IMG/VR virus record: IMGVR_UViG_3300012348_000004
Span: 1-33,717 of that record
From: a virus
Taxonomy: Duplodnaviria; Caudoviricetes
DNA length: 33,717 nucleotides
Strand: one strand, 5' to 3'
In this document: positions 21,826 through 32,389 of the stretch, piece by piece
How positions within the stretch are numbered: position 1 is the first letter of the stretch
Layout of the letters: every line of letters starts with the position of its first letter
Program-made: the position numbers and the translations under genes
Notes under the pieces: generated by a model
Told to the model about the DNA's origin: nothing
The model's database searches: none
Seen by the model: the letters and a program-made list of their open reading frames with translations, nothing else

Positions 21826-23766
21826 ATGTCAAATTACACCAAAACCACGAACTTTGCATCTAAAGATAATCTGTCGCCTGGCAATCCTCTAAAGATTGTT
21901 AAGGGTGCTGAGATTGACACCGAGTTCAACAATATTCAGACTGCTGTTGCCACTAAAACTGACAATGCTTCTGCCAATATTACTGGTGGCTCAATTACTG
22001 GCATTACAGATTTGGCTATTGCTGATGGCGGTACAGGAGCTTCTACAGCTACTGCTGCTATCAATAACCTTTTGCCTTCACAGACAAGCAATGCCAACAA
22101 GTACCTTCAGACCGATGGAACTAATGTTTCTTGGGATGCAGTTAGTTTGTCTACTTCTGACATTACTGGTACTTTACCTGTTGCAAATGGAGGTACTGGT
22201 GTAACTTCATCTACTGGTTCAGGTTCTGTTGTTCTATCAAACAGTCCTACTTTGGTGACTCCCACATTGGGAACTCCCGCTTCTGCTACTTTGACAAACG
22301 CCACAGGATTACCGATCTCTACTGGCGTGAGTGGTTTGGGTACTGGTGTTGCTACTTTCTTGGCTACACCTTCATCTGCTAACTTGGCTTCTGCCGTATC
22401 TGATGAAACAGGTTCAGGTGCTTTGGTATTTGCCAATAGTCCAACCTTGGTTACTCCTGCTCTTGGAACGCCATCTAGCGGTACTTTGACTAACGCTACT
22501 GGTTTGCCTATCAGCACAGGTGTTTCAGGTCTTGGAACAGGCGTAGCAACATTCCTAGCTACTCCATCAAGTGCAAACCTTATCTCTGCTGTAACAGATG
22601 AAACTGGAACAGGATCATTGGTCTTTGCAACATCTCCTACATTGGTAACACCTGCTTTGGGTACGCCTTCTAGCGCAACACTAACAAACGCTACAGGTCT
22701 TCCAATTGCCACAGGTGTATCTGGTTTAGGTACTGGCGTTGCTACATTCTTGGCCACTCCATCAAGTGCTAACTTGGCTGCTGCCTTAACAGACGAAACT
22801 GGAACAGGCTCTGCTGTATTTGCAACAAGTCCAACATTGGTTACGCCAGTTTTGGGAACGCCAACATCCGTGACCTTAACTAATGCGACTGGTCTGCCAT
22901 TAAGCACAGGCGTGACAGGTAATTTACCAGTTACAAATCTGAACTCTGGTACTGGCGCAACATCTAGCACATTCTGGCGTGGTGATGGAACATGGGCAGC
23001 TGCTGGTGGTTCAAGCCAATGGACAACTAGTGGTTCTGATATTTATTACACAACTGGTCAAGTCTGGATAAATAAAACAACAAATGTTTCAGGGGCAAGA
23101 CTTCAAACACAAGGCGCAACTGATACTGCATTTACTGCGTTTTCCGTCAATGCCACAACTAATGATGGATACATGGGCATCGGGTATAGCAGTTCTGGAA
23201 GCGTGTGGCAAATATGGCCGACTTATAACGCTACTGCTGGATACAAGCCACTTGCATTTGTGGTTGGTGGAAGCGAAGTGGCTCGATTCCCGACTGCAAG
23301 TGGCTTCCAATGCGTCAACAGTATTTCTGTCGGTAACGCCACTCCAACGACAAGCGGTGCAGGCATCACATTTCCCGCAACTCAATCAGCATCATCAAAC
23401 GCTAATACGCTAGATGATTATGAAGAAGGTACTTGGACGCCAACATCTGCAAATGTCACCTTTTCAAGCGCAACTGGGTATTACACAAAAATTGGTAGGG
23501 TTGTTCAATTTGCTTGTTGGATTACGTTCCCGTCAACGGCAGACGCAAATTCCGCAGTGATTGGCGGGTTGCCGTTTACTTGTGCAAATGCCGATGCTGC
23601 TAGAGCGGGGGCCGCAATTTCATATTGCGAATATACAACCGCAGTTACTGCTGGTGTAAACAAAAATAGCACCAATATATTTATATATAAATTTGGTGGA
23701 GCCACGCCAACCAACGCTGACTTCTCATTAAAAATAGTCGCTATTGGTGGAACGTATGTTGTTTAA
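21826..23766 (+). CDS. Tail fibre / receptor-binding protein
   Basis: N-terminal anchor ([14 protein letters not shown]), [10 protein letters not shown] and LPVANGGTG shaft motifs, tandem repeats, C-terminal [13 protein letters not shown]...YTKIGRVV module. Confidence 0.8.
   Translation: MSNYTKTTNFASKDNLSPGNPLKIVKGAEIDTEFNNIQTAVATKTDNASANITGGSITGITDLAIADGGTGASTATAAINNLLPSQTSNANKYLQTDGTNVSWDAVSLSTSDITGTLPVANGGTGVTSSTGSGSVVLSNSPTLVTPTLGTPASATLTNATGLPISTGVSGLGTGVATFLATPSSANLASAVSDETGSGALVFANSPTLVTPALGTPSSGTLTNATGLPISTGVSGLGTGVATFLATPSSANLISAVTDETGTGSLVFATSPTLVTPALGTPSSATLTNATGLPIATGVSGLGTGVATFLATPSSANLAAALTDETGTGSAVFATSPTLVTPVLGTPTSVTLTNATGLPLSTGVTGNLPVTNLNSGTGATSSTFWRGDGTWAAAGGSSQWTTSGSDIYYTTGQVWINKTTNVSGARLQTQGATDTAFTAFSVNATTNDGYMGIGYSSSGSVWQIWPTYNATAGYKPLAFVVGGSEVARFPTASGFQCVNSISVGNATPTTSGAGITFPATQSASSNANTLDDYEEGTWTPTSANVTFSSATGYYTKIGRVVQFACWITFPSTADANSAVIGGLPFTCANADAARAGAAISYCEYTTAVTAGVNKNSTNIFIYKFGGATPTNADFSLKIVAIGGTYVV
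22216..22920 (+). repeat. 195-bp (65-aa) tandem repeat, about 3.6 copies
   Basis: PTLVTP codons start at 22246, 22441, 22636 and 22831. Confidence 0.9.
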
Positions 23767-23815
23767 TTAACTTGGTTGGATTACCAAGTCGGACACTTAA
23801 CTTAAAAGGAAAATC

Positions 23816-24082
23816 ATGTCACTTACCAAAGAAACAGTAGTAGACCAAATCACAGTAACCGAGAACGGCATCGTTCTTTATCGTGAAGCAACACGCATCA
23901 TAGAAGATGGCAACCAAATTAGCCAAACTTATCGCCGCACAAGCCTCACACCCGCACAAGACTTGACAAACGTTCCAGCCAATGTCGTTGCAATCTGCAA
24001 TGTGGCTTGGACTGCTGAAGTAGTTGCGGTTTATCAAGCGGCACAGGCAGCGGCTGAAGCAGCACGAAATACTGGCTCTTAA
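23816..24082 (+). CDS. Putative tail-fibre accessory/chaperone protein
   Basis: 88 aa directly after the fibre gene; AAGGA SD; function positional. Confidence 0.55.
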   Translation: MSLTKETVVDQITVTENGIVLYREATRIIEDGNQISQTYRRTSLTPAQDLTNVPANVVAICNVAWTAEVVAVYQAAQAAAEAARNTGS

Positions 24083-24093
24083 AGGAATAAATC

Positions 24094-26241
24094 ATGGCCG
24101 TAACAAGTCAACAAATTGTAGATTTTCTGGTTGCTAATCCAGGAATGAGTGATGCCGATATTGTTGCGGCTATGGAGACTTATGGTGTTTCTCCTGCTCA
24201 AATGGCGAGTGCTGTTGGTTTGTCAGAGGGGGAGGTAGCTTCTCGTGTAGCGGCTACTGTACCACCAGGTCAAACAATCACTTTGGGTGACACAATTGTT
24301 CAACCACAATATCAAATTATTGGTTCTGGTGAAGATCAGCAAATTGGTGGTTTAGAAAATGTCTATACCTATAAAGTTAGCGAAAACCAAGTTGGCGGTG
24401 GATATAACCAATATAGCGGTACTGGCGAACTTGAGCGAACTGGTACTCAACAAAAAGTTGATAGTGGTTTAGGAGAATTTGCTTTAGGAGCTGCCGCTTT
24501 ATTTGGAGCGCCATATCTTCTTGAAACTCTTGGTGGTGGAGCAGCTGCCGCAGGTACAGCAGGTACTGTTGGCTCAACAGGATTAACTGTTGCTGAACTT
24601 GCTCAACTCGATCTAGCATTAGGTGGGGCGGGTGGTACAGCAGGAGCAGAGGCATTGGCTTCTGCTTTGACAACTGGTGCAGGTGTTGGAACACTTACAA
24701 ACCTTACTGGCGGTGGAACTGGTGGAGCTGTAACTGATGGCACAGGCTTGCTAACATCAGGCACTACTGATGTTACTGGAATGGGTGGCGGTACAGGATT
24801 GACTGTTGCAGGAGCAGGCGGTCTTGGTGGTGCTACTGGTGCTGCAGGTCTTGAAGGTGCTTTAGGTACTGGTCTTTCAACAGGCGCAGGCAGTTTGACT
24901 GGTGCGGCAGGACTTGGTGATGCTTTAGGTACTGGACTAATTGTTGATGGTGGATTAACAGGTACTGGAGTATTGACTGGATCAACTCTAGGTACAAGTT
25001 TGCTAGGAACTGGTACTGGCGCTTTGACAGGAACTGGCGTTCTTACTGGTTCTGATCTTGGCACTACTTTGTTGGGTACTGGCACAGGAACTGGTGTTAC
25101 TGGTGCTTTAACAACAGGTGTTGGTACAGGAACTTTAGGTACTGGTGCATTGACTACAGGCGTAGGAACAGGAGTTGGAACTGGTCTTACAGGCGTTACA
25201 ACAGGAGTTGGAACAGGTGTAGGTACAGGTGTTGGTTCAACACTTGGCACAGGATTAACTAATGCCGCAACAACTGGTTTAACTGCCGCACAAATTGGTG
25301 CTTTGTTATCAGGCGCTTTGACTACAGGTTCAGGTCTTCTCCAACAACAAACATCTCGTGAAGCGGCTATTCGTGCGCAACAGATGATTGATGCTGAAAC
25401 TGCTGCTGCTAAACAAGCGGCTCAGTTCCGTCCTGTTGGCATGACTACACGTTTTGGCACTTCACAGTTCACAGTTGATCCTAGAACTGGTCAATTGACA
25501 AGCGCAGGATACACATTAACTCCTGAAGCTAAAAATGCTCAAGACCGATTGGTTAAATTGGCTGAACAAGGTTTGGTGCAAGCAGAAGGCGCTCAAGCTC
25601 AGTTTGCTCCTTTGCAGACAGGTGCGCAGAGTCTGTTTAATCTTGGCAACAAATATCTTGCTCAAACACCAGAGGATGTAGCAAAGAATTATCTTGCTCA
25701 ACAATTGGCTTTGTTGCAACCTGGTCGTGAGTTGGAATTGGCTAACTTGCAAGCAAAACTGCAACAACAAGGCCGTGGTGGTCTTTCTGTTGCTCAAGGT
25801 GGCACTTATGGCGCTACAACTCCTGAACTTCAGGCTTTGTATAACGCTCGTGCAATGCAAGAGGCTCAATTGGCGGCTCAAGCTCAACAAGCTGGTCAAC
25901 AACAAGTTGCATTCGGTGCTGGATTGCTTGGTCAAGGCGCTCAAACAATGGGTCAGTACTATGGTGGTCAGCAAGCCGCTTACCAACCCTATACAACTGC
26001 TCTTGGTCAGGTTCAAGGTTTAGAGGCTGCGGCACAACAACCTTTGACTATGAGTGCGGCTCTTGCTCAACAAGCGGCTCAAGCAGGCGCTAATGTGGGT
26101 CGTTTAGGCTTATCAGGTGCTGAGTTTAGTACTCGTTTGGCTACTGGTAATGCGGCAACAACTAACCCTTATGCAACATTATTAGGTGGACTAGGTGCTT
26201 CTCCTGCATTTGGACAAGCATTTGGCGGCTTATTCTCTTAA
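24094..26241 (+). CDS. Internal virion / ejection protein with a Gly-Thr-Leu low-complexity centre
   Basis: 715 aa; Gly/Thr/Ala-rich middle and Gln/Ala-rich C-terminus; first of three large helical genes. Confidence 0.65.
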   Translation: MAVTSQQIVDFLVANPGMSDADIVAAMETYGVSPAQMASAVGLSEGEVASRVAATVPPGQTITLGDTIVQPQYQIIGSGEDQQIGGLENVYTYKVSENQVGGGYNQYSGTGELERTGTQQKVDSGLGEFALGAAALFGAPYLLETLGGGAAAAGTAGTVGSTGLTVAELAQLDLALGGAGGTAGAEALASALTTGAGVGTLTNLTGGGTGGAVTDGTGLLTSGTTDVTGMGGGTGLTVAGAGGLGGATGAAGLEGALGTGLSTGAGSLTGAAGLGDALGTGLIVDGGLTGTGVLTGSTLGTSLLGTGTGALTGTGVLTGSDLGTTLLGTGTGTGVTGALTTGVGTGTLGTGALTTGVGTGVGTGLTGVTTGVGTGVGTGVGSTLGTGLTNAATTGLTAAQIGALLSGALTTGSGLLQQQTSREAAIRAQQMIDAETAAAKQAAQFRPVGMTTRFGTSQFTVDPRTGQLTSAGYTLTPEAKNAQDRLVKLAEQGLVQAEGAQAQFAPLQTGAQSLFNLGNKYLAQTPEDVAKNYLAQQLALLQPGRELELANLQAKLQQQGRGGLSVAQGGTYGATTPELQALYNARAMQEAQLAAQAQQAGQQQVAFGAGLLGQGAQTMGQYYGGQQAAYQPYTTALGQVQGLEAAAQQPLTMSAALAQQAAQAGANVGRLGLSGAEFSTRLATGNAATTNPYATLLGGLGASPAFGQAFGGLFS

Positions 26242-26250
26242 GGATTCATC

Positions 26251-27534
26251 ATGGCAGATATCGTAGGAAGTCTTTTCGGAATCACCCCACAAATGTTTGG
26301 GGAACAACAGAGAATGAGTGCTTTGGATGAGGGTATTGCCCTTGCTCAACTAGACCCTGCTTCTCGTGGTGCGGCATTGACTTATGGTGGTGCTAAAGGT
26401 CTTGGTACTGCCATTGGTGGTGCTTTTGGAGTAGAAGACCCACAACTGAAGATGATTAGCACTCGTAATGCTATTGCTCAACAGATTGACCAAACCGATC
26501 CTGAGTCTATTCTTAGAGGCGCTCAGATGCTTGCACAAGTTGGTGACCAACAAGGTGCTATGGCTTTGGCTCAGTATGCTCGTCAAGCTCAAGGTGAGTT
26601 GGCTCAAGTACAACAAAGAAGAGCAGCGGCACAAGCATCTTTGGCTCAAGCCACTCGTGAACGTCAACAAGCAACTCCTAACGACATTCAGATTGCTAAT
26701 GAGATTGCTAGTTTGACAGATGCTCAAGATCAATTGCGTAGTCAACCCGCATCCCCAGAGCGTGATCGTGCAATGAACATGGTTACAACTCGTCTTACAG
26801 AGTTACAGCGTTTGACTACTAAAGCTGAAAAAGATTTGCGCTTTGGTACTGATAGAGAATCTGTATCTGCTGAACTGTATGACAGACCATTTGCTCAATT
26901 AAGCACAGCAGAAAGAGCTGTTGTTAATAAGCGTGTTGAAGAAGAACAAGGTAAAAAAGCCGCAGCAGGCGCTCCTAAACTCACTAATGTGATGCCTGGT
27001 CAAAAAGACTTAGCAGACATTCCTAAATTTAGGGCTGATCTTCAGAAAACTATTGCTCCACAGATTGAATCAGTTACAGCATCGGATCAAGCATTACAAG
27101 CAATTGATGATTCAATTAAATCAAATAACTTTGTTTCATTTAATGCGGCTCGTGTTCAATTGGCAAAAGCACTTGGTGATAGTCAACTAAGTCGTCGTGA
27201 TGTTGAACAAGCAGGTGGTGATCCATCTTTGTTTGGCAAATTACTGGATACAACATCAACTCTTTTTACTGGCACTCCAACATTGGAAACCCAGAACCTT
27301 ATCAAGAATACTTTGCAAGCAATTAGGAAGGTTTCTACAAATAAGGCAAACAGAGAGATTGAAGTTCAACGACAGATTGCTTATAGTACGCCAGGATATG
27401 ACAAGGCTCGTGTAGATTTGGCGACTAAATTCCCAGAACTTGAAGCGGCAACCGCAGGTGGAACAACTGTAACTAGCGACCTAGCTGCACAAGCTCGTGC
27501 TTTGTTGAAACAACGCCAAGAAGGTAAAAAATGA
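26251..27534 (+). CDS. Internal virion / ejection protein
   Basis: 427 aa, Ala/Gln-rich, no Cys; typical podovirus position. Confidence 0.65.
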   Translation: MADIVGSLFGITPQMFGEQQRMSALDEGIALAQLDPASRGAALTYGGAKGLGTAIGGAFGVEDPQLKMISTRNAIAQQIDQTDPESILRGAQMLAQVGDQQGAMALAQYARQAQGELAQVQQRRAAAQASLAQATRERQQATPNDIQIANEIASLTDAQDQLRSQPASPERDRAMNMVTTRLTELQRLTTKAEKDLRFGTDRESVSAELYDRPFAQLSTAERAVVNKRVEEEQGKKAAAGAPKLTNVMPGQKDLADIPKFRADLQKTIAPQIESVTASDQALQAIDDSIKSNNFVSFNAARVQLAKALGDSQLSRRDVEQAGGDPSLFGKLLDTTSTLFTGTPTLETQNLIKNTLQAIRKVSTNKANREIEVQRQIAYSTPGYDKARVDLATKFPELEAATAGGTTVTSDLAAQARALLKQRQEGKK

Positions 27535-30203
27535 GCAAATTAGACCTTACAGCCCTGTCAGACGCAGAACTTGAGGCTATTGCCTCTGGTAATATTGCTT
27601 CTCTTTCTGACCAAACCTTAAAGATGTTGGCGGGAGAAAAGCCTGAAGCGCCTGCAACTACTTCTGTGATGGCTGAGTCTGCACGAAAAGGCTTTGCAGG
27701 AACTGTTGGTACTGTTTCAGGTCTTTCAAACCTATTGTTTTCTGCATTAGAGCGTGGTGGCATCAATCCTCTGACAATGGGTATGAGAGCATCAGGCGGT
27801 ACTGTTGCTCCTGCTCCTACTACTGGTGGTGTCGTAGAAACATTTAAAGCAGGTCGTCAGCCTGTTTACCAAGGAACAATGCAAGCCCTTGGCACTACTG
27901 GTGTTGAGCCACAAACAGGTTTCCAAAAGATTATTGGTCAAGGTACAGAGGCTGTTACTTCTCCAGAGAGTTATGTATTCCCTGCATTGGCGGCTACAAG
28001 GCGTATGGGTTTGTTTGGTCAAACCTTGATGCGTCCTGCTGAACAACAAGTTATTGGCTCTGCGGCAGAAGCGGGTGGCATGGCAGGTGAAGCGGCAGGC
28101 GAGAAGTTAGGTTCTGCAACTACTGGTCGTGTTGTCGGTAGTCTTTTTGGCGGTGGCGGTGGTGCTTACACCCTTGGAACTCTTCTGAAGTCTGGCCCTG
28201 TATTGAACAAAGGTTTTGATACTGCTCGTGCGCAATGGGCTAAAGTCCGTGGAACTGTTCCTGAAGACGAGTTGCTCAAGGATGTGGACAACCGAATTAG
28301 CAATATCTTTATTGCCGCAGGCGCTGCTGATCCTACATTCATGGATACGCTTACAAAAGCCGCTAAAGCACAACAGAGCGTTTCTCTGAAGACGCCAGGC
28401 GGTACACCAGTACAGATGCCAATTAGCTCTTTGTTGGCAGACAATCCTGTTATCAATAACTTCATCCAAAGTCTGTCTGCTAAAGACCCTGTGTTCCGAG
28501 CGCAGTATGGTAATCAGTTTGAACAAGCTAAACAGGCTTTGACAGCTAATCAGATTCGTTTGTTTGGCGACCCATCTAAAGTTAGTGTGAATGTTTCTCC
28601 ACTTGATTTGGCTAAACCACAAGCTCGTAGAACTCGCACTATTGATGAGCAAATAGCAGATACTTATAAAGATGCAACGCTTGATCCTAATGTTTTTGGT
28701 CAGCGTGTTGCAACATTGGTTGCCGCTAAAGAAGATGCAGCATTAAAGTCAGTTAAGCCACTTTATACAGAAGCATTTGACATTGCCAAGCAAAAGAATG
28801 TTGAGTTGCCTGCTAATTCTGTTGACGACATCTACAACTTTGTTGCGGGTGAGCAAGCATCTGACATCTTCAAGACTTTCCCATCTATCTACAATCGTGT
28901 TCGTGCGAAATTCCGTCCTGCTGAAGTAGCGCCTAGCCCTATTTTGACCGCAGAAGGTCGCCCAATGACTGAAGGTGGAATCAAGTTTTCTGCCGCAACA
29001 GTAGAAGATTTGGACTCCCTAAAGCGTGAAATCAACAAACAATTGCGAAAAACAAGCGAACCCGCTGATATTCGACTGCTTTCGGAGTTGAAAGCACGAG
29101 TTGGCGGTCACATTGATAACCTTGATCCTGACTTTGTTCAGGCTTATCGCAATGCAGATGCTTCTTACTTCCAGAAGGTTGGTTTGCCATTCAATTCTGA
29201 AACATTGAAGGCTGTTGACCGCAAGAAGTTTGTTGAGCAAATTGCACCCGCAATTATTGGTAATAAATCTAATGTTGATGACTTTATCAAGGCTACAGGC
29301 GAAGATGGTGTTCGTGTGGCACGAGATGCCTTCTACGACAGCTTTAGTCGTGCGGCTTTGAAGAACGATGTCCTAGACCCTAAAGCGGCTAACAAATGGC
29401 TTGCTAAGAATCAAGGTGGCGTGTCTTTAGTGCCAGGCTTAGAGGATGAGCTTCGTGCGGCTTCAAACAATGTGTCTGCTTTGTTGGCAGAGAGAAATCG
29501 TTTGGATGCGGCATTTAAGAAGGTTGCTGGCGACCAAATCGTAAGTTCTAGTGGCTTTAGAAACCCTCAAGAGTTGGTTTCTAAGATGTATAGCGATGTG
29601 AACTTCACCAACAAGTTTATGCAACAGTATGGAGCGAATAAGGATGCAGTAAATGCGGCTCGTTCGTTCATGTTGGATGACATTGTTCGTGCGGGTGATC
29701 CAGTTGCAACATTGAATGACAGAACTAAAGCGGCTGTGTTTAACAGGGTGTTTGGCCCAACATACGCACAAAAGGTTCAAGACTTTGCTTTGGTTTCTGA
29801 GCGACTGAATAAAGACCTGACCAATGTGCCGTTCAAGGGTGAAACAGTACCTAAAACGCCTATTGAGCAGTTAACAGGCATTCCTCCTGAGCAAATTATT
29901 TCTCGCATCTATAACCCTGTTTCTGGCCCTGTATATGCCATCACTTCGTTGATGAGTAAGTTCTGGGCAAGAAAAGCCTCTGACATGACAGAAGAGAAGT
30001 TAAAGGCTTTGCTTTTGAACCCTACTGATGCGGCTAAAGTGTTCCAAGCTGTTCAAACAAAGGCAGGAAACTTTGATCAACAAAAGATTCAGGATGCTAT
30101 TTCTGTTGGCAGAAAGTATGGCATTCAATGGGTTGCAGATGCTATGCAAGACTTTGCTACTGGCGCTGCTCGTGGTGGCGTTCAGTCAATGACTGAAGAA
30201 TAA
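27531..30203 (+). CDS. Large internal virion / DNA ejection protein
   Basis: 890 aa helical, no Cys; ATGA-coupled; last gene before the membrane/lysis block. Confidence 0.65.
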   Translation: MSKLDLTALSDAELEAIASGNIASLSDQTLKMLAGEKPEAPATTSVMAESARKGFAGTVGTVSGLSNLLFSALERGGINPLTMGMRASGGTVAPAPTTGGVVETFKAGRQPVYQGTMQALGTTGVEPQTGFQKIIGQGTEAVTSPESYVFPALAATRRMGLFGQTLMRPAEQQVIGSAAEAGGMAGEAAGEKLGSATTGRVVGSLFGGGGGAYTLGTLLKSGPVLNKGFDTARAQWAKVRGTVPEDELLKDVDNRISNIFIAAGAADPTFMDTLTKAAKAQQSVSLKTPGGTPVQMPISSLLADNPVINNFIQSLSAKDPVFRAQYGNQFEQAKQALTANQIRLFGDPSKVSVNVSPLDLAKPQARRTRTIDEQIADTYKDATLDPNVFGQRVATLVAAKEDAALKSVKPLYTEAFDIAKQKNVELPANSVDDIYNFVAGEQASDIFKTFPSIYNRVRAKFRPAEVAPSPILTAEGRPMTEGGIKFSAATVEDLDSLKREINKQLRKTSEPADIRLLSELKARVGGHIDNLDPDFVQAYRNADASYFQKVGLPFNSETLKAVDRKKFVEQIAPAIIGNKSNVDDFIKATGEDGVRVARDAFYDSFSRAALKNDVLDPKAANKWLAKNQGGVSLVPGLEDELRAASNNVSALLAERNRLDAAFKKVAGDQIVSSSGFRNPQELVSKMYSDVNFTNKFMQQYGANKDAVNAARSFMLDDIVRAGDPVATLNDRTKAAVFNRVFGPTYAQKVQDFALVSERLNKDLTNVPFKGETVPKTPIEQLTGIPPEQIISRIYNPVSGPVYAITSLMSKFWARKASDMTEEKLKALLLNPTDAAKVFQAVQTKAGNFDQQKIQDAISVGRKYGIQWVADAMQDFATGAARGGVQSMTEE

Positions 30204-30295
30204 TGATTGACTGGATTGAAGCAGTTATTGCGGCAGTCCTTGTCACTTGTTTTGTCATTTTTTGTAGTTATATTGTTATCTGGTGTTTTCCGTGA
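30203..30295 (+). CDS. Hydrophobic peptide (30 aa), not in ORF track
   Basis: MIDWIEAVIAAVLVTCFVIFCSYIVIWCFP; TAATG-coupled. Confidence 0.5.
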   Translation: MIDWIEAVIAAVLVTCFVIFCSYIVIWCFP

Positions 30296-30401
30296 TCGCC
30301 TGTGGGCGGCAACCATAGAGTACCGATGTATTAAATGGACTTGGGTTGGAGATGTGTATAACCGAAGGGTTATCTGTCTCAAATGGGAGAGAAAGAAATG
30401 A
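30207..30401 (+). CDS. Small protein with an RC..W.W.GDVYNR.V.CL.W domain; start uncertain
   Basis: C-terminal half looks coding and is ATGA-coupled to 30398; the TTG start overlaps the 30-aa ORF. Confidence 0.45.
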   Translation: MTGLKQLLRQSLSLVLSFFVVILLSGVFRDRLWAATIEYRCIKWTWVGDVYNRRVICLKWERKK

Positions 30402-30901
30402 TACCAATTGATCCGATGGCGGCTCTCGATGGCTTACAAAAAGCTATTGGGATGGTCAAAAAGGCTAGTAAGGTAGCCAATGATTTAGGTGGTCTAGCTC
30501 CGATGCTAGGCCAGATGTTCAATGCCAAGAGTCAAGCTACCAAGGCCATGCTTCAAGCCAAGCGTGAGAAGACTGGTAGCAACATGGGTACAGCACTTCA
30601 GATTGAGATGGCTCTAGAGCAAGCTAGAGCATTTGAAGAAGAATTGAAGATGTTGTTCATGCAGACAGGCAAGATTGATGTCTGGAACAAGATTAAGGCT
30701 CGTCAGGCTGAGATGGATCGTGATGATGCAAAAGAGATTGCAGCATTAAAAGCCGAGGAAAAAAAACTCAAGCAACAGGAACAAGAGCAAATGGAAATGG
30801 CTATGTTGATTGGCGGGATAGCGTTCGTTCTACTTCTCGTTTGTATCGGCATAAACGAAATGATTGATTTTTGTGCAACTACCAAGCGGTGTGGGCGGTG
30901 A
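30398..30901 (+). CDS. Coiled-coil protein with a C-terminal membrane anchor
   Basis: Start moved to ATG 30398 (GGAG SD); hydrophobic LIGGIAFVLLLVCIGI. Confidence 0.7.
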   Translation: MIPIDPMAALDGLQKAIGMVKKASKVANDLGGLAPMLGQMFNAKSQATKAMLQAKREKTGSNMGTALQIEMALEQARAFEEELKMLFMQTGKIDVWNKIKARQAEMDRDDAKEIAALKAEEKKLKQQEQEQMEMAMLIGGIAFVLLLVCIGINEMIDFCATTKRCGR

Positions 30902-31053
30902 ACCAATATCAAAAGGACTTTGATTTAGCACTCCGAATCATTGTTTATGGTTTGGTGGCTCTATGGTTTCTTGGGTTTTTAAAGTTCCTTCCTGATGATT
31001 TGTCGGACAAGATTGTTAATCTTTTGCTTGGAAAGATTGGGCTTGGCAAATGA
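30898..31053 (+). CDS. Small membrane protein (51 aa)
   Basis: GTGA-coupled start; IIVYGLVALWFLGFL transmembrane segment. Confidence 0.6.
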   Translation: MNQYQKDFDLALRIIVYGLVALWFLGFLKFLPDDLSDKIVNLLLGKIGLGK

Positions 31054-31226
31054 AAATCTCTAGTTACAAAAGCAATGCACAAATGTTGAGAGAGCAACAA
31101 ATGGTTCTTCATCAACAAAATATGAAGCAATTGGAACGACTCAATCGTCAAGCAGACCAACAACAAAAGCTACAAGAGGTTAAGACTCATTGGGTTAAGG
31201 TTAATCAAGTGGATGTTATGGCATGA
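31050..31226 (+). CDS. Gln-rich coiled-coil protein (58 aa), not in ORF track
   Basis: MKISSYKSNAQMLREQQ...VNQVDVMA; ATGA-coupled on both sides. Confidence 0.65.
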   Translation: MKISSYKSNAQMLREQQMVLHQQNMKQLERLNRQADQQQKLQEVKTHWVKVNQVDVMA

Positions 31227-31429
31227 GATATTTACTCTTAATACTTTTGTTAACTGGTTGTGAAGACAGATATCGCTATTTTTGCCAGAACCCTGATAAT
31301 TTTCATGCCGAACAATGTCAGAAACCTAAGTGCTTGTTCACTCAACAATGTCCTGAGTACTTAGTAGCCCCTATTCTTGAGAAAAAGGTAAACGATGTCC
31401 AACAACCAGAAGCCAAACCTAACAACTGA
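31223..31429 (+). CDS. Cys-rich lipoprotein
   Basis: MRYLLLILLLTG-C lipobox; four further Cys residues. Confidence 0.75.
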   Translation: MRYLLLILLLTGCEDRYRYFCQNPDNFHAEQCQKPKCLFTQQCPEYLVAPILEKKVNDVQQPEAKPNN

Positions 31430-31922
31430 AGAGTTCGAAGTCCGAGTTTGGGGCTTTGTTGTGGTCGTTGTGACCTGTATTCTTTGCTTCATTGTTATTG
31501 CACTTCTGTACTCTGTCACTTTTGTTACTCAACCTATCAAAAGTATGGCTCCGATTGACCAAGCCTACACAAAGATGCTGAACGACATTGTTCTGCTTAT
31601 CGTTGGCGGTATTGGTGGCGTGATGACCAAGAGAGCGGCTGGAGCAGCGGCAAAGGCTTTTGGAGCGCCTCAACCTCCAATGCAACCAATGTGTCAACCA
31701 ATGGGTTTTAACGGCTCTATGGGCGGTTTTAATCAATCCTACGCGCCTCCGCAATCTGCGTATGGTTTGCCAAGCCAACCTTTCGGTGCAATGCCTGTTT
31801 GGAAGAACCCTGAGTTGGATGAGAGTTGGACACCTGGCCCTCCACCAACTACTCCACCAGACCATTTGGAAGACGATGAAGAGCGTGTTGAGTTGGCTAA
31901 AGCTCGTGAGGAGGCAGAATAA
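31395..31922 (+). CDS. Two-TM membrane protein with a Pro-rich tail (holin candidate)
   Basis: Two hydrophobic segments; precedes the spanins and endolysin. Confidence 0.55.
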   Translation: MSNNQKPNLTTEEFEVRVWGFVVVVVTCILCFIVIALLYSVTFVTQPIKSMAPIDQAYTKMLNDIVLLIVGGIGGVMTKRAAGAAAKAFGAPQPPMQPMCQPMGFNGSMGGFNQSYAPPQSAYGLPSQPFGAMPVWKNPELDESWTPGPPPTTPPDHLEDDEERVELAKAREEAE

Positions 31923-32389
31923 TGCTACCTATACCTTTACCTTGGCTAATCGTAGGTGTTTTGATATCTCTCTTTGGTACATACCGAGTAGGACATCACT
32001 ATGGGTGGTTAGAGCGTGATAACGACATGAAGATCGCTATTGCCAAAAAGAATGAGGAGGCTAGGGAGTTAGAGAAAAACATGACTTCTAAGCTGACAGA
32101 CAATGAATCCAAACTGAGAAAGGCACAAGATGAAATTGCTAAAAAACAGTCTGCTATGCACGAGCTTGCTAGGACTGGTAGGTTGCGCCTCCCAACCGCA
32201 AGTTGTCCACAAGCCAGCACAAATACCGCCACTCCCACAAGAGATATCGATCCCCCTCAATCCGAACTTGAGCGACAGACTATTGAAGCTCTTATCGACA
32301 TCGCAGCAGAAGGAGACAAAGCCATCACCAAGCTCAACTCCTGTGTTGCCGCCTACAACGAAGTGAGGAATCTTGTAAATGGTCAATAA
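31922..32389 (+). CDS. Rz-like inner-membrane spanin
   Basis: N-terminal TM, periplasmic coiled coil, G.LRL motif and C-terminal L.SC...Y; contains an embedded lipoprotein gene. Confidence 0.8.
   Translation: MLPIPLPWLIVGVLISLFGTYRVGHHYGWLERDNDMKIAIAKKNEEARELEKNMTSKLTDNESKLRKAQDEIAKKQSAMHELARTGRLRLPTASCPQASTNTATPTRDIDPPQSELERQTIEALIDIAAEGDKAITKLNSCVAAYNEVRNLVNGQ
32130..32366 (+). CDS. Rz1-like outer-membrane spanin embedded in the +1 frame
   Basis: Lipobox LVG-C, Pro-rich mature part, fully nested in the Rz-like gene. Confidence 0.8.
   Translation: MKLLKNSLLCTSLLGLVGCASQPQVVHKPAQIPPLPQEISIPLNPNLSDRLLKLLSTSQQKETKPSPSSTPVLPPTTK

Noticed and set aside
22107-22970. 287-aa antisense ORF
   Set aside because: Shadow of the repetitive tail-fibre codons on the opposite strand
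23000-23815. Diversity-generating retroelement acting on the fibre tip
   Set aside because: No reverse transcriptase and no template/variable repeat pair seen in the window
24603-25250. 215-aa Pro/Val-rich antisense ORF
   Set aside because: Mirror of GGT/ACT-rich codons in the ejection protein
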